A DNA stretch of 64,000 nucleotides. Source: Dehalococcoidia bacterium. GTDB taxonomy: Bacteria > Chloroflexota > Dehalococcoidia > Bin125. The notes under the pieces were generated by a model that was not told the origin of the DNA, did not search any database, and saw only the letters and a program-made list of their open reading frames with translations. A program made the translations under genes and the position numbers. How positions within the stretch are numbered: position 1 is the first letter of the stretch; every line of letters begins with the position of its first letter. The DNA is taken from NCBI GenBank assembly GCA_963662615.2, contig CAXXSR010000002.1:512001-576000 (forward strand). Reading direction: 5' to 3'. Below are positions 1-9,660 of this stretch, in pieces.

Positions 1-201
1 CCGGCGCTGCGGGGTGGTCGCGCCGGTGCGCTCGTGGCGACCGCTTGGCGCGTAGGCCCGTCAGGCGACGGGACACGGCTCCGCAGCGCTCCCTGCCGTC
101 GGCACGTTGCAGCATTCGGGTGAGCCAGCGGGAAGTGTTCTGCTAGCATGGCCGCCGTCCATCCGGGGAGGATCCGTAGTGCGACTGTGGAGGAAGGCGC
201 C

Positions 202-588
202 GTGAAAGTCACGCGTTTTTACGCCGACGAGGACGGCGAGACCCACTTTGAGGAAGTGGACGTGCCCTTCAGTGTTGATGTGAAGGGTCCTCCCGGCGGT
301 GGCGACTACCGCCGCTCTCAGGAGTTCGCCGCTCCCAAGGTGCGCTTTTTGGAGCTGCCGCCGGGGCGCGTGGGCGACTGGCACAACGCCCCCGAGATCA
401 TCTTCGGCGTCGTGCTGTCGGGCAGCATGCACGTCGGCACGAGCGACGGCGACAGCCGCGAATTCAGCGTCGGCGACATGTATCTGGCGGAGGATGTGAC
501 CGGCAAAGGGCACATCAGCCGTGTCTTGGAGGGGCCGGTCCGTCTCCTCTACGTGACCCCACCGGACGGCTACGATCTGACACGTTGA
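202..588 (+). CDS. Cupin-domain protein
   Basis: N-terminal FYADEDGETHFEEV, WHNAP...VVLSG..VGTSDG..R.F.VGD...AEDVTGKGH cupin motifs; GTG start after GGAGG. Confidence 0.8.
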   Translation: MKVTRFYADEDGETHFEEVDVPFSVDVKGPPGGGDYRRSQEFAAPKVRFLELPPGRVGDWHNAPEIIFGVVLSGSMHVGTSDGDSREFSVGDMYLAEDVTGKGHISRVLEGPVRLLYVTPPDGYDLTR

Positions 589-619
589 GGGGCGGGACTC
601 GCCCCGAGATGCCGCTCGC

Positions 620-1900
620 TTAGCGGGGCCTGGGCGTCGCGCCTCCATCCAGCGGCAGCGTGATGCGAAACGTCGCGCCCACGGACGCACCTTGGTCGAG
701 CGCCAGGCGGCCGCTGTGCGCCTCCACGATCCCGCGCGCGATCGCCAGGCCCAGGCCGGCGCCGCCGCCGTTGCGCTGGCGCGCGGGATCGCCGCGGAAG
801 AAGGGCGTAAAGACCTGCCGGCTGTCCTCCTCGGAGATGCCCGGCCCGGTGTCCGAAATGGCAAGCTCCACGAAATCTCCGCGAGACTGCGCGGCGATCG
901 CGATATCGCCGCGGGCCGGGGTGTAGCGGACGGCGTTGTCCAGGAGATTGCGGAGCGCGCGCTGCAGGCACCACGGATCGGCGTAGACCAGGGGCAGATC
1001 CGGGGCGATCTCTGTCCGCAGGCGGATCTGGTTGCGCTCGGCTTGCGCGCGCACGTGTTCCACCGACTCCGCTACGAGGACGTCCATGTTTGTGGCCGTG
1101 CGATCGAGGGTGAGCACACCGGCCTCAATGCGGGAGTGCTCGAAGAGGTCGTCAATCAGGCGGTCCAGGAGGATGAGTTCGAGCTTGATGCCGACCAGAT
1201 AGCGTTGCTGGGTGGACTCGTCCAGGAGTTCGTCCTCAATCGCCTCCACCATGAGTCGGGCGCTGGAGATCGGGGTGCGCAGATCGTGAGAGATGGCCGC
1301 GACCAGCTCGCGGCGACTCGACTCGGCGCGGTCGCGCTGGCCGGCGGCATCGCGCAGGCGCGCAGCCATGGCGTTGAAGGCCTCGCCGAGGCGCGCGAGT
1401 TCGTCGTCGCCCTGGGTCCGCACGTGGACCGCGAATTGATCGCCCGGGAGCTGGTCCACGGCCTCGATCAGGCGGACGATCGGGTCGGCGATGGATCGCG
1501 CCACGGCGACGGCGGCCAGGGATGAGATCAGCAGCGCGAAGAGCATCAGCGCGGCGAGCAGGGTGAGGTCGTGACCGCTGAGGAACATGAAGCCGGCGGT
1601 GATGGCGACGTTCACGAGCGCCAGGGCGCCGCCGAAGGCCGCCACCAACGCGATCCGCCCGCCCGGGCCCGCGAGGGGCCTGCTGGGCAGGTAGCGCGTG
1701 AGGAGCCCGTAGGCGACAAGCGAGACGACCGCCGACGCTCCCAGGAGGCCGGCGACGTCGCGCAGCTCGTCCGATGGCGGCCGCAGCGCCGCCCAAATGA
1801 CCGCCAAACCCAGCGCCACCGCTCCGCCCAGCGCCAGAGCCGCCGGCATGATGCGGCGCAGGTGCAGGGCCGCGGGGGCGACGAGCGCGTCACTATGCAT
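620..1900 (-). CDS. Membrane sensor histidine kinase (TM-HAMP-HisKA-HATPase)
   Basis: SHDLRTP H-box, NLLDNAVRY N-box, DTGPG and GAGLGLAI G-boxes; about 4 TM segments; ATG overlaps the response regulator stop. Confidence 0.92.
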   Translation of the reverse strand: MHSDALVAPAALHLRRIMPAALALGGAVALGLAVIWAALRPPSDELRDVAGLLGASAVVSLVAYGLLTRYLPSRPLAGPGGRIALVAAFGGALALVNVAITAGFMFLSGHDLTLLAALMLFALLISSLAAVAVARSIADPIVRLIEAVDQLPGDQFAVHVRTQGDDELARLGEAFNAMAARLRDAAGQRDRAESSRRELVAAISHDLRTPISSARLMVEAIEDELLDESTQQRYLVGIKLELILLDRLIDDLFEHSRIEAGVLTLDRTATNMDVLVAESVEHVRAQAERNQIRLRTEIAPDLPLVYADPWCLQRALRNLLDNAVRYTPARGDIAIAAQSRGDFVELAISDTGPGISEEDSRQVFTPFFRGDPARQRNGGGAGLGLAIARGIVEAHSGRLALDQGASVGATFRITLPLDGGATPRPR

Positions 1901-2576
1901 TGAACTTGTACCCCACCGACCACACGGTCTGGAGATGCCGCGGGTGCTGATCGTCCGGCTCGATCTTCGCCCGCAGGCGTCGGATGTGAACCGTGACGGT
2001 GGCGCTGTCGCCCTCGTAATCCCAGCCCCAGACCCGCTCCAGCAGTTGATCCCGCGTGAAGACGCGCCCGTGATGCGAGGCGAGGAAGTAGAGCAGATCG
2101 AACTCTTTGGCCGTGAGGGCCACGGGGTCGCCATCACGGGTCACCGTGCGCGCCACGGGATCGATCTCCAGCGCCGCCGCCACGACCTTGCGCTCCGACG
2201 TCTCCTCGCTGGCGCTGCGTCGCAGGACGGCCTTGACGCGGGCGACCAGCTCACGCGGGCTGAACGGCTTCACGAGGTAGTCGTCCGCGCCGAGTTCCAG
2301 GCCCAGCAGCCGCTCGGGCTCGCGCCCGCGTGCGGTCAACATGATGATGGGCACGTCCGACTTGGCGCGGACGCGGCGACAGACCTCTTCTCCCTGCACC
2401 TCGGGCAGCATGAGATCGAGAACGATCAGGTCGGGCGTGGACGCGTCGATCATCGCCAGGGCCTCGGCCCCGGTGGTGGCGGTGCGGACCGCGTAGCCGT
2501 CATGTTCCAGGTAGCGGCGCACGACATCGCGTACGGTCGCTTCGTCATCGACGACGAGAACAGTGTCCTGTCCCAT
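1893..2576 (-). CDS. OmpR/PhoB-family response regulator
   Basis: VLVVDDE, LIVLDLMLP, GADDYLVKPF, TVTVHIRRLRAKIE winged helix. Confidence 0.95.
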   Translation of the reverse strand: MGQDTVLVVDDEATVRDVVRRYLEHDGYAVRTATTGAEALAMIDASTPDLIVLDLMLPEVQGEEVCRRVRAKSDVPIIMLTARGREPERLLGLELGADDYLVKPFSPRELVARVKAVLRRSASEETSERKVVAAALEIDPVARTVTRDGDPVALTAKEFDLLYFLASHHGRVFTRDQLLERVWGWDYEGDSATVTVHIRRLRAKIEPDDQHPRHLQTVWSVGYKFNA

Positions 2577-2811
2577 GGCCCTCACGGCGACGAAGAGCCC
2601 GAGGTGCCCCGGGCCGAACTGTCGTCAGCAGTGTACGGCTCCGGCGACACCAATCGCGCCGGTGGCGGCGACGCTGGGGGTCGGGAGCCGGGCGCTCCTT
2701 GGATCGCGTAATCGCCTGCCGCGGCTACCCGGTCTCGGGACCAGCGCCCTCCAGCCCAGACCCGTCCGTCTGACGTGCTCTCATTGGGGACAGTGTGGAG
2801 CGCACATCTTA

Positions 2812-2856
2812 CGGAACTCTAACCCTTGCGCTCGCGGGGCAAGGGTTAGAGTTCCG
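2812..2856. promoter_or_regulatory. Perfect 18-bp inverted repeat (operator or terminator hairpin)
   Basis: CGGAACTCTAACCCTTGC (2812-2829), 9-nt loop, GCAAGGGTTAGAGTTCCG (2839-2856). Confidence 0.6.
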
Positions 2857-2908
2857 GGAGGGGGTTGAAGCTGCGCGCGCAGCGGGGGCTCAGCCAAAGC
2901 GCCCAGTG

Positions 2909-3334
2909 TCAGCCAAAGCGCCACGTGATCGTCTTGCGAGGGTCAATCCCCAGAATGACCTCGCCTCGCCGGGGAGCGCTGGGCAGCTCCGCCTCGGGCA
3001 CGCCGCGCTGGCGACGCGCCTCTCGCTCAAGCTGCAGGCGCTCTTCCGCATCGCGGATGATGGTGACGTCGCCCTGGAGGAGCACGCCGCTCCATTCGCC
3101 GCTGTCCTTGTGACGCGCGACCAACACGGACGCCTTGGGATTCCGCTCCGCGTTTCTGACCTTGTGCGTCCCCGTCGGCGTGCCCAGGTAGATGCGCCGG
3201 CCAATTTGGTAGTAGCCCAGGGGGACGCTGTGCGGATACCCGTCCGCGTCGATCGTCGTCAGGACCGCCCATTCGTCGCGGGCGTCCAACGCTGCGGTGA
3301 TCTCGTCGTCGCTGAGGTGGCCGCGGCCGGCCAT
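2909..3334 (-). CDS. Pyridoxamine 5'-phosphate oxidase-like (PPOX/split-barrel, possibly F420-binding) protein
   Basis: AVLTTIDADGYPHSVPL, KVRNAERNPKASVLV, final ITWRF; RBS AAGGAG. Confidence 0.85.
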   Translation of the reverse strand: MAGRGHLSDDEITAALDARDEWAVLTTIDADGYPHSVPLGYYQIGRRIYLGTPTGTHKVRNAERNPKASVLVARHKDSGEWSGVLLQGDVTIIRDAEERLQLEREARRQRGVPEAELPSAPRRGEVILGIDPRKTITWRFG

Positions 3335-3533
3335 GCGACTCTCCTTCCATGCCACCGACTGACGCCGGCGGTCCGCGCCCCCACGATAGCGGGCTCGATG
3401 ACAGGGCCCAGGGAACCGCCACCGGCGCTTGTGCACGCGCTCGCGACCGCCGCGCATGGGCGCGCAGCGCCCGAGAATCGCGAACGCGGTCGCGCTCGCG
3501 ATCGCCGGGAGGGGGAGGTGGCGCGCGGGCTCG

Positions 3534-4844
3534 CTAACTCACTGGGTTTGCCGCCAACGGCTGGTTGGTGGCTGGGTCCACGTCGAACGGACCGGGGAGA
3601 TCCAGCTCCTTGGCCATCTCGCGCAGGGCGGGGATGACTTCTTCGCCCATGAGGCGGAGGCTGCGCATGGCGTCGTCATGGTTCATGGCGCCATCGCCGT
3701 CCCAGAAGAAGACGCTGCCGGGACGGATCTGTTCCAGGACGTGGCGGATCTTGGGGATCACGGTCTTCGGGGTGCCGGTCACTATGGAGTAATTGCGGAT
3801 CTGCTCATCGAGGGTCCCGCGGGAGTCGAAGTCGGGATCGCCACCCGTCTCGTGCTGCTCCTTGGCCTTCGCCAGCGCCGGCGAGGGCGCGGCGCCGCGG
3901 CCGCGCGCGAACCCGGCGAAGGTGCTCACGGTGGGCAGCAGCTCCTTCCGCGAGGTCAGCCCCGGCAGGGCCTGGAGGTGGGCGCGCACCTTCCCCTGGT
4001 TGCCTTCTATGAAGGGGTTGGCGGGCCCTTGCAGATACTTCCGCGCCGTCGCCTCCGCCAGCTCCTCTGTCTCATCGACGTGGACTTTCCAGAGGTAGCC
4101 CAGGTGCTGCGTGCCGGCCTCGTAGCCCGCTTCCCGCGCGCACTCTTGGTAGTACGCGAAGGTTTGCTTGGTGGGCTCCAGCTCCGTGGCCAGCATGATG
4201 TAGGGGTAGCGATGGCGCGCCGCCCAGGCGACGGTGTTCTTGCTGATGACGCCCGGGATCCAGATGGGTGGGTGGGGCGACTGGTAGGGGCGCGGCCAGG
4301 GGTTCACGTAGCGGTAGTGATAGTGCTCGCCCTCCCAGCGAAAGGGGCCGGGCGTGGTCCAGGCCTTGATGATGAAGTCGTGCGCCTCCTGATAGCGCTC
4401 CCAGTTGTAGGGGGAGGGCGAGTTGTGGGTGACGCTTTCGCGGCCGGTGCCGCGGACCCAGCCCGTGATCAGACGACCGCCTGAGATGACGTCAATCTCG
4501 GCCAGCTCCTCGGCCAGCCAAAGGGGGTCGTCCCAGATGGGGAGGACATTGCCGAGCAGGACGATCTTGGCGCGCTCCGTGATCCGTGCCAGGATCGCGG
4601 CCTCCACGTTCATCACCGCGCCCAGGGTAAAGGGCGTGCTGTGGTGCTCGTTGAGCATGAGGCCGTCGAAGCCCATCTGCTCGGCGTAGACCTTCTCATC
4701 CAAGTAACGGTGGTACAGAGCCCGGCCAATTTCTGGGTTGTAGAGGGCGTTGCTGGGCTCCAGATCGGTCATCTCCTGCCCCGGGCCGAAGAAGGCAGAG
4801 CCTTCGTCTTGGTACGGTCGTTCGGTGAAGTAGCCGACAAACAT
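3534..4844 (-). CDS. LLM-class (luciferase-like) flavin-dependent oxidoreductase
   Basis: AEQMGFDGLMLNEHHST, PLWLAEELAEIDVISGGR, PRPYQSPHPPIW, LRLMGEEVIP. Confidence 0.92.
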   Translation of the reverse strand: MFVGYFTERPYQDEGSAFFGPGQEMTDLEPSNALYNPEIGRALYHRYLDEKVYAEQMGFDGLMLNEHHSTPFTLGAVMNVEAAILARITERAKIVLLGNVLPIWDDPLWLAEELAEIDVISGGRLITGWVRGTGRESVTHNSPSPYNWERYQEAHDFIIKAWTTPGPFRWEGEHYHYRYVNPWPRPYQSPHPPIWIPGVISKNTVAWAARHRYPYIMLATELEPTKQTFAYYQECAREAGYEAGTQHLGYLWKVHVDETEELAEATARKYLQGPANPFIEGNQGKVRAHLQALPGLTSRKELLPTVSTFAGFARGRGAAPSPALAKAKEQHETGGDPDFDSRGTLDEQIRNYSIVTGTPKTVIPKIRHVLEQIRPGSVFFWDGDGAMNHDDAMRSLRLMGEEVIPALREMAKELDLPGPFDVDPATNQPLAANPVS

Positions 4845-5116
4845 CGCTCATCCTCGCGCCCGCGTTCGGTGCAGAAGTGGGCGGCATGGTACCACAGGGG
4901 GCCAGAGGGATGAGGGCGCGAGCGAGGCCGCGCCAGGCCCCGACGGCGTCAGCGCCGGAACGGCGCGCTTTGGCTGCGCGTCGGCGGCGGCGGCGCGTCA
5001 CCGGCTCAGGCGGGGAGGAGCGCGAATGCTCTGAACCGCGCCCTGAGCCGACCGCCCTGCACGGGCGCGCTAGGGGGCATCCCCCTGCGACGGGGCTGCC
5101 TGCCGGAGCGAGCGCT

Positions 5117-5353
5117 CTACCAGGACCGCGCCTGATCGGACTGCAAGCGCTGCTTGGAGGCCGAGCGGGCGAACGTCAAGTTACCGATCCGCGAGCGGCC
5201 TGCGCGGTAGAAGAACCCCAGAGCGGCTGCGAGAGCCACTGCCGCGAGCGCGATGGCCCCCACGTCGCCGTACCAGGCGAGGCCGAAGGTCATCCAGAAC
5301 GTGGCCACAAGGACGCCCACGATGCCGAAGATTACTGACTTCACGATGTTCAT
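5117..5353 (-). CDS. Small two-TM membrane protein, unknown function
   Basis: 78 aa, two hydrophobic helices followed by a basic tail, strong GGGAGG RBS. Confidence 0.65.
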   Translation of the reverse strand: MNIVKSVIFGIVGVLVATFWMTFGLAWYGDVGAIALAAVALAAALGFFYRAGRSRIGNLTFARSASKQRLQSDQARSW

Positions 5354-5620
5354 TCCTCCCTGTCTTGGATTCCAGTTCCCGTGGCGCGCATCCTTGCTCC
5401 CTATTGACGTTCGATGGGGCCCGCGAGTAACGCTGTTTCTGTAAACGACGACACAGAAAGCCGCTTACGGCGCGAATTTCAGGGGCGCGGCCGCTGCGCC
5501 CGCGGCCGCACGGCGGGCGGACCGTTATGCCCGCGATCCTCCCCGTCTTGCGGTCAAGCAGCGGGAATCTTTTCGCCGGCGGGCGTCACGCCGCGACGGG
5601 TGGGGCGTCTATTGACTGAG

Positions 5621-5752
5621 ATGAGCCAGCAAATCTATCAGGCGCAGTTCTCTTTGGTGCGAAGAGCCAGCTTGGCGGTCGCCGGGGTGTGCGTTTTTGG
5701 GTCCATTGCCTCGCTCTTTGCGATCATCGGGCTCGTCCTCGTCGCCAGCTAG
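5621..5752 (+). CDS. Putative 43-aa single-TM small protein
   Basis: MSQQIYQAQFSLVRRASLAVAGVCVFGSIASLFAIIGLVLVAS; hydrophobic C-terminal half; no clear RBS. Confidence 0.5.
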   Translation: MSQQIYQAQFSLVRRASLAVAGVCVFGSIASLFAIIGLVLVAS

Positions 5753-5768
5753 GACGTCGCCAGCTAGG
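5740..5768. repeat. 15-bp tandem duplication containing CTAG (stop of the small ORF)
   Basis: CGTCGCCAGCTAGGA / CGTCGCCAGCTAGG. Confidence 0.9.
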
Positions 5769-6137
5769 CGCCGCTCCAGGCCCGCCAGTTCGCCCCTGTG
5801 GTGTCCCGCCCCATCCTCCCCGCTTGAGGGTCGCTCGCCTCATTCCACCCGCCTCCCGTGGTTCCGCGGCTTGTCCCCTCCGCCGCTCTTCGAACCTCAT
5901 CGCCCGCGGTCACACGGTGCTGGCTCGATTGGGGCGAGCGGTGGGCTGCGAGCGCGCTTGGCTCGGTTCTATTGCGGACACGGCGTCTTGTGGACACGGT
6001 GTCCTGCCGACAGGGTGAATTGGGTCATTCGTCCCCGCAGGAGTGGGACGGATGCACCTCGTCGCGGTCGGGTGCGCCCGGCATCGTAGGGGCAGCGCCG
6101 GCCGATACGAACGGCGCTGCTGAACCGAGGTGAGGCG

Positions 6138-6326
6138 ATGTCTACCATTGAGCAGATCAGGCGCAGGGCGAAGCTTCGACGGGAGCGCTGGCCCCAACTG
6201 GCCGCGCTGGCCGCCGAGCTTGAGAGCTGGGAGCTGGCGAACATTGTTCCGCGGCAGGCGTTCAGGCCTGACCCGGCGGCGACAGGGACGGGGCCACGGC
6301 CTCACGCCTTGCAAGCGCAATCATGA
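6138..6326 (+). CDS. Putative 62-aa small protein
   Basis: GAGGTGAGG RBS before ATG; helical basic N-terminus MSTIEQIRRRAKLRRERW. Confidence 0.5.
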   Translation: MSTIEQIRRRAKLRRERWPQLAALAAELESWELANIVPRQAFRPDPAATGTGPRPHALQAQS

Positions 6327-6505
6327 ACGGTGGCCCCGCCTTCCGGGAGATGCGCGCAATCGCGGTTGGCTGCGGCGATTGCGATCCCTTGGCCGCCACC
6401 GGCGAGGGACGGGCCGGTTCGCGCGCGTGACGTCGCTGGGGCTAGACTTCGTCGCAGGGAGCGATCCTCACCGTTCCAGCGCGCGGCTTGTTGGAGCGCT
6501 CAGCC

Positions 6506-6871
6506 ATGCCGACATACATTCTCTTGCTCACGCTGACACCGGAAGGGCGGCAGAAGACGCTGGAGGAGCCCGAGAGCCTGTTGCGCGCTGAAAACGCGAC
6601 GCGGATCGAAGGAATCCAGGTGCTCGGCCTCTACGGCGTCTTGGGCAGCTACGACTTCGTCAGCATCGTTGAGGCGCCCGACAACGATGCCGTGGCGGAG
6701 TTCTCCCTGGAGCTTGGGGTGAAGGCGGGCGTCCACATCGCGACGCTGCCGGCGATCCCGATCAGCCGGCTGGACCGCGCCTCATCCAATGATGCCCGCC
6801 AGCTCGAAATGGGCGCGCCCGGTCCGGGACAGGGGGCGGGCCCAGAGCAGCCTCCCCCCGTTGGAACGTGA
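6506..6871 (+). CDS. GYD-domain protein
   Basis: MPTYILLLTLTPEG...LYGVLGSYDFVSIVEAPDN family signature. Confidence 0.85.
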   Translation: MPTYILLLTLTPEGRQKTLEEPESLLRAENATRIEGIQVLGLYGVLGSYDFVSIVEAPDNDAVAEFSLELGVKAGVHIATLPAIPISRLDRASSNDARQLEMGAPGPGQGAGPEQPPPVGT

Positions 6872-6954
6872 TCCGCGGCGCTGCGCTGAGGCAGGGCCGG
6901 CTGCATTCGAGACGCCACAGCCTCGCCAAGCCGGCCCGGTCGTGGGTCGCGCCC

Positions 6955-7704
6955 CTACTGGGCCAGGTAGCCGCCGTCGATCACTAACTCCGCGCCGGTA
7001 ATGAAGGCGGCCTCGTCCGAGGCGAGGAAGAGGACGCCGTAGGCCACCTCTATGGGCTTGCCGATTCGCCGCAGGGGCGCGATCCGGGCGGAGGTCTCGA
7101 GCGCTTCCTCCGACGCCGCTGTTGACGAGCGCATCACCGGCATGAAGCCGGGGTGAACGGAGTTGGCGCGAATGCCCTGCGGGCCGTAGGCCACGGCGAT
7201 GGCTTTGGTGAAGATCCGGACCGCGCCCTTGGAGGCGTGGTAGGCCGGGTGCCCGTGGGGCGTGCCAACAAAGCCGAGGATCGAGGAGATGTTCACGATG
7301 GAGCCGCCGCCGCCCTCCAGCATGGCCGGGATGGCGTGCCGCGTCCCCAGAAAGACGCCGGTGGAGTTGACCTCCATGATCGTACGCCAGCCGTCGAGCG
7401 AGAGCGGATCGAGCTGCGACGAGGCGCTCAGGCCGGCGTTGTTCACGAGGATGTCCAGCCTGCCGAAGGCGGCGCGGGTGGCGGCCAGCAGCCGTTCCCA
7501 GTCGCCCTCCTGCGTCACGTCCGCGTGGACGAATTGGGCGTCGCCGCCGGCTTTCTGAATGCCGCCGGCAACGGCCTCGCCCCCCTCATCCCAGGTGTCG
7601 GCGACGACGACCTTGGCCCCCTCTTGGGCGAACAGTTTGGCATCCGCGGCCCCCAAGCCGCTGCCCGCTCCAGTGATGATGGCGACCTTGTTCGCGAGAC
7701 GCAT
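6955..7704 (-). CDS. Short-chain dehydrogenase/reductase (SDR)
   Basis: TGAGSGLG, LVNNAG, NISS, YHASK catalytic motif, ITGAELVIDGG. Confidence 0.95.
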   Translation of the reverse strand: MRLANKVAIITGAGSGLGAADAKLFAQEGAKVVVADTWDEGGEAVAGGIQKAGGDAQFVHADVTQEGDWERLLAATRAAFGRLDILVNNAGLSASSQLDPLSLDGWRTIMEVNSTGVFLGTRHAIPAMLEGGGGSIVNISSILGFVGTPHGHPAYHASKGAVRIFTKAIAVAYGPQGIRANSVHPGFMPVMRSSTAASEEALETSARIAPLRRIGKPIEVAYGVLFLASDEAAFITGAELVIDGGYLAQ

Positions 7705-7848
7705 GACGACTCCTCCCTCCCGCCGACCGTTGCCTGGGATCAGGCCGGTGGCACGGCCCGCTCCCCGCCGGGCCGATGGTGCCCGGCTTGGGGCTCTCCA
7801 CGATTAGGGAGAATAGGGGGAGCGGAGTCGCGGCGCATGTCGTGGGTC

Positions 7849-7923
7849 TGGAGCCGGCGGGGGGATTCGAACCCTCGGCCTGCTGTTTACGAAACAGCTG
7901 CTCTACCTCTGAGCTACACCGGC
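7849..7923 (-). tRNA. tRNA-Thr(CGT)
   Basis: GCCGGTGTAGCTCAGAGGTAGAGCAGCTGTTTCGTAAACAGCAGGCCGAGGGTTCGAATCCCCCCGCCGGCTCCA; cloverleaf, anticodon CGT, encoded CCA. Confidence 0.97.
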
Positions 7924-8170
7924 CCGTCCCGACTCTACCAGATGGGGATCGCGGCGCCACGGGCGCGGGCGGCGGGCTGGGGGGCCGGCCGGCGGCGACC
8001 TCGACGGGGACGTCGTTGGCGCCTCGCTCAGCTTCCGCGCCGCCGGCCTCGGTTCCGCTGATGGCGCCGTCGCTGGATCCGACCGCCTCGCCGCCGCCCC
8101 TCGCCGCCGCCCCTCGCCGGGCGCGATTCGCGGGAGGCGTCGCTCCGGGCTCGGCCCGGCACGGGGGGGT

Positions 8171-8200
8171 TTCCGAGGGACAGGGATGAGCCGCTATAAT
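8171..8200 (+). promoter_or_regulatory. Putative sigma70 promoter of the DUF1800 operon
   Basis: Perfect TATAAT at 8195-8200; weak -35 TTCCGA with an 18-nt spacer. Confidence 0.55.
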
Positions 8201-8232
8201 CTCCGAGCGGATTTCCTGGCCGGAGTGAGGAG

Positions 8233-9642
8233 ATGACGATGGCGGACGAACAGCTGGCTCTGATGGCGCATCTGCTGCGTCGCGCGGGCGCGGGAGCATC
8301 GCGGGAGGAGCTGGAGGAGTACGCGAAGCGCCCGTATGAGGAGGTGGTGGAGGATCTGCTCCACCCCGAGCGCTTCCCGGAGCCGGACGAGGACCTGATC
8401 CGGCGCTACTGCCCCACTCTGACCAACGCCGACACGCCCATCATTTGGGCCGGGCACTGGATCTACCGGATGGTCAACACCCGGCGTCCGCTCGAGGAGA
8501 AGATGGCGCTGTTCTGGCACCACGTCCTCGCCACGGGCTGGTTCAAGGCCGAACACGCGTCCTCCATGGTGGCGCAGATCCAGATGTTCCGCGAGAACGG
8601 CTTGGAAAATCTCCGCACGATTCTCACCGATGTCTCGAAGGATCCGGCCATGATCTGCTGGCTGGACAACTGCGAGAACCTGGCGACCGCGTCCAACGAG
8701 AACTACGGGCGCGAGCTGCTCGAACTGTTCTCCATGGGCATTGGCGGCTACACCGAGACGGACGTGAAGATGGCGGCACGGGCCTTCACCGGCTGGACCT
8801 TCCAGCAGCCGATCCCGCTCTATCCCTACGGCCAGTTCCCGTCGCAGTTCGAATACCACGAAGACGAGCACGACGACAGCGAGAAGACGTTCTTGGGGCA
8901 CAGCGGCCGCTTCAACGGCGAGGACGTGATCGACATCATCGTCCAGCAAGAGGCCACGGCCCGCTTCATCTCACGGCACCTCTACAACTTCTTCGTGGCG
9001 GATGAGCCGCAGGTGCCCGCCTGGAGCGTGACGCCGCCGCAGGATCCCGAGGCGGTCGAGACCCTGGTGCGGGCCTACTTTGACTCTGACGCCGACATGC
9101 GCTCCGTGATGCGGACGCTGCTCACCTCGGACTTCTTCCGGGCCGCCCGCTTCAAGCGCGTCAAATCCCCGGCCGAATTCGTGGCCGGGACGCTCAAGCT
9201 CTCCGGCGAGCTGCGCGCGCCGGAGCCTGCGGTGGGCGAACTGGGAGACGTAGCGGCGGCGATGGGACAGAAGCTCTACGACCCGCCCTCGGTGGAGGGC
9301 TGGCACACCGGCAAGGAGTGGATCGACGGGGGCACGCTGATCGAGCGCGTGAACTTCGCCGTGTCCCATCTGCGTGACGTCTCCAAGCCGGGACCGCGGG
9401 CCATCGTGGAGCGCCTCAGCGAGGGCGGCGGCCCCGTGGGCCCGGACGACTTCGTGGACCGCTGTCTCGATCTGCTCGGGCCCTTGGAGGTGAGTGCGGA
9501 GACGCGCGCCGCGCTGTTGGAGTTCGCCCAGGACGGCGGCGACCTCCGCTTCAACAGCAAGAAGGCGAGGCGCAGCAGCGAAGCTCGCGTCGGCCGGATG
9601 CTGGGGCTCATCGCCGCGGCCCCCGAGTATCAGTTCGCCTGA
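8233..9642 (+). CDS. DUF1800 family protein
   Basis: AHLLRRAG, PLEEKMALFWH, DPAMICWLDN, NENYGRELLELFSMG, ARAFTGW, PPSVEGW, C-terminal PEYQFA. Confidence 0.92.
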   Translation: MTMADEQLALMAHLLRRAGAGASREELEEYAKRPYEEVVEDLLHPERFPEPDEDLIRRYCPTLTNADTPIIWAGHWIYRMVNTRRPLEEKMALFWHHVLATGWFKAEHASSMVAQIQMFRENGLENLRTILTDVSKDPAMICWLDNCENLATASNENYGRELLELFSMGIGGYTETDVKMAARAFTGWTFQQPIPLYPYGQFPSQFEYHEDEHDDSEKTFLGHSGRFNGEDVIDIIVQQEATARFISRHLYNFFVADEPQVPAWSVTPPQDPEAVETLVRAYFDSDADMRSVMRTLLTSDFFRAARFKRVKSPAEFVAGTLKLSGELRAPEPAVGELGDVAAAMGQKLYDPPSVEGWHTGKEWIDGGTLIERVNFAVSHLRDVSKPGPRAIVERLSEGGGPVGPDDFVDRCLDLLGPLEVSAETRAALLEFAQDGGDLRFNSKKARRSSEARVGRMLGLIAAAPEYQFA

Positions 9643-9660
9643 ACGGAAGGAGTGCGAGCC

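Noticed and set aside
1-7923. tRNA-Thr-anchored integrative island
   Set aside because: No integrase or duplicated tRNA 3' end seen, and composition looks like the rest of the window.
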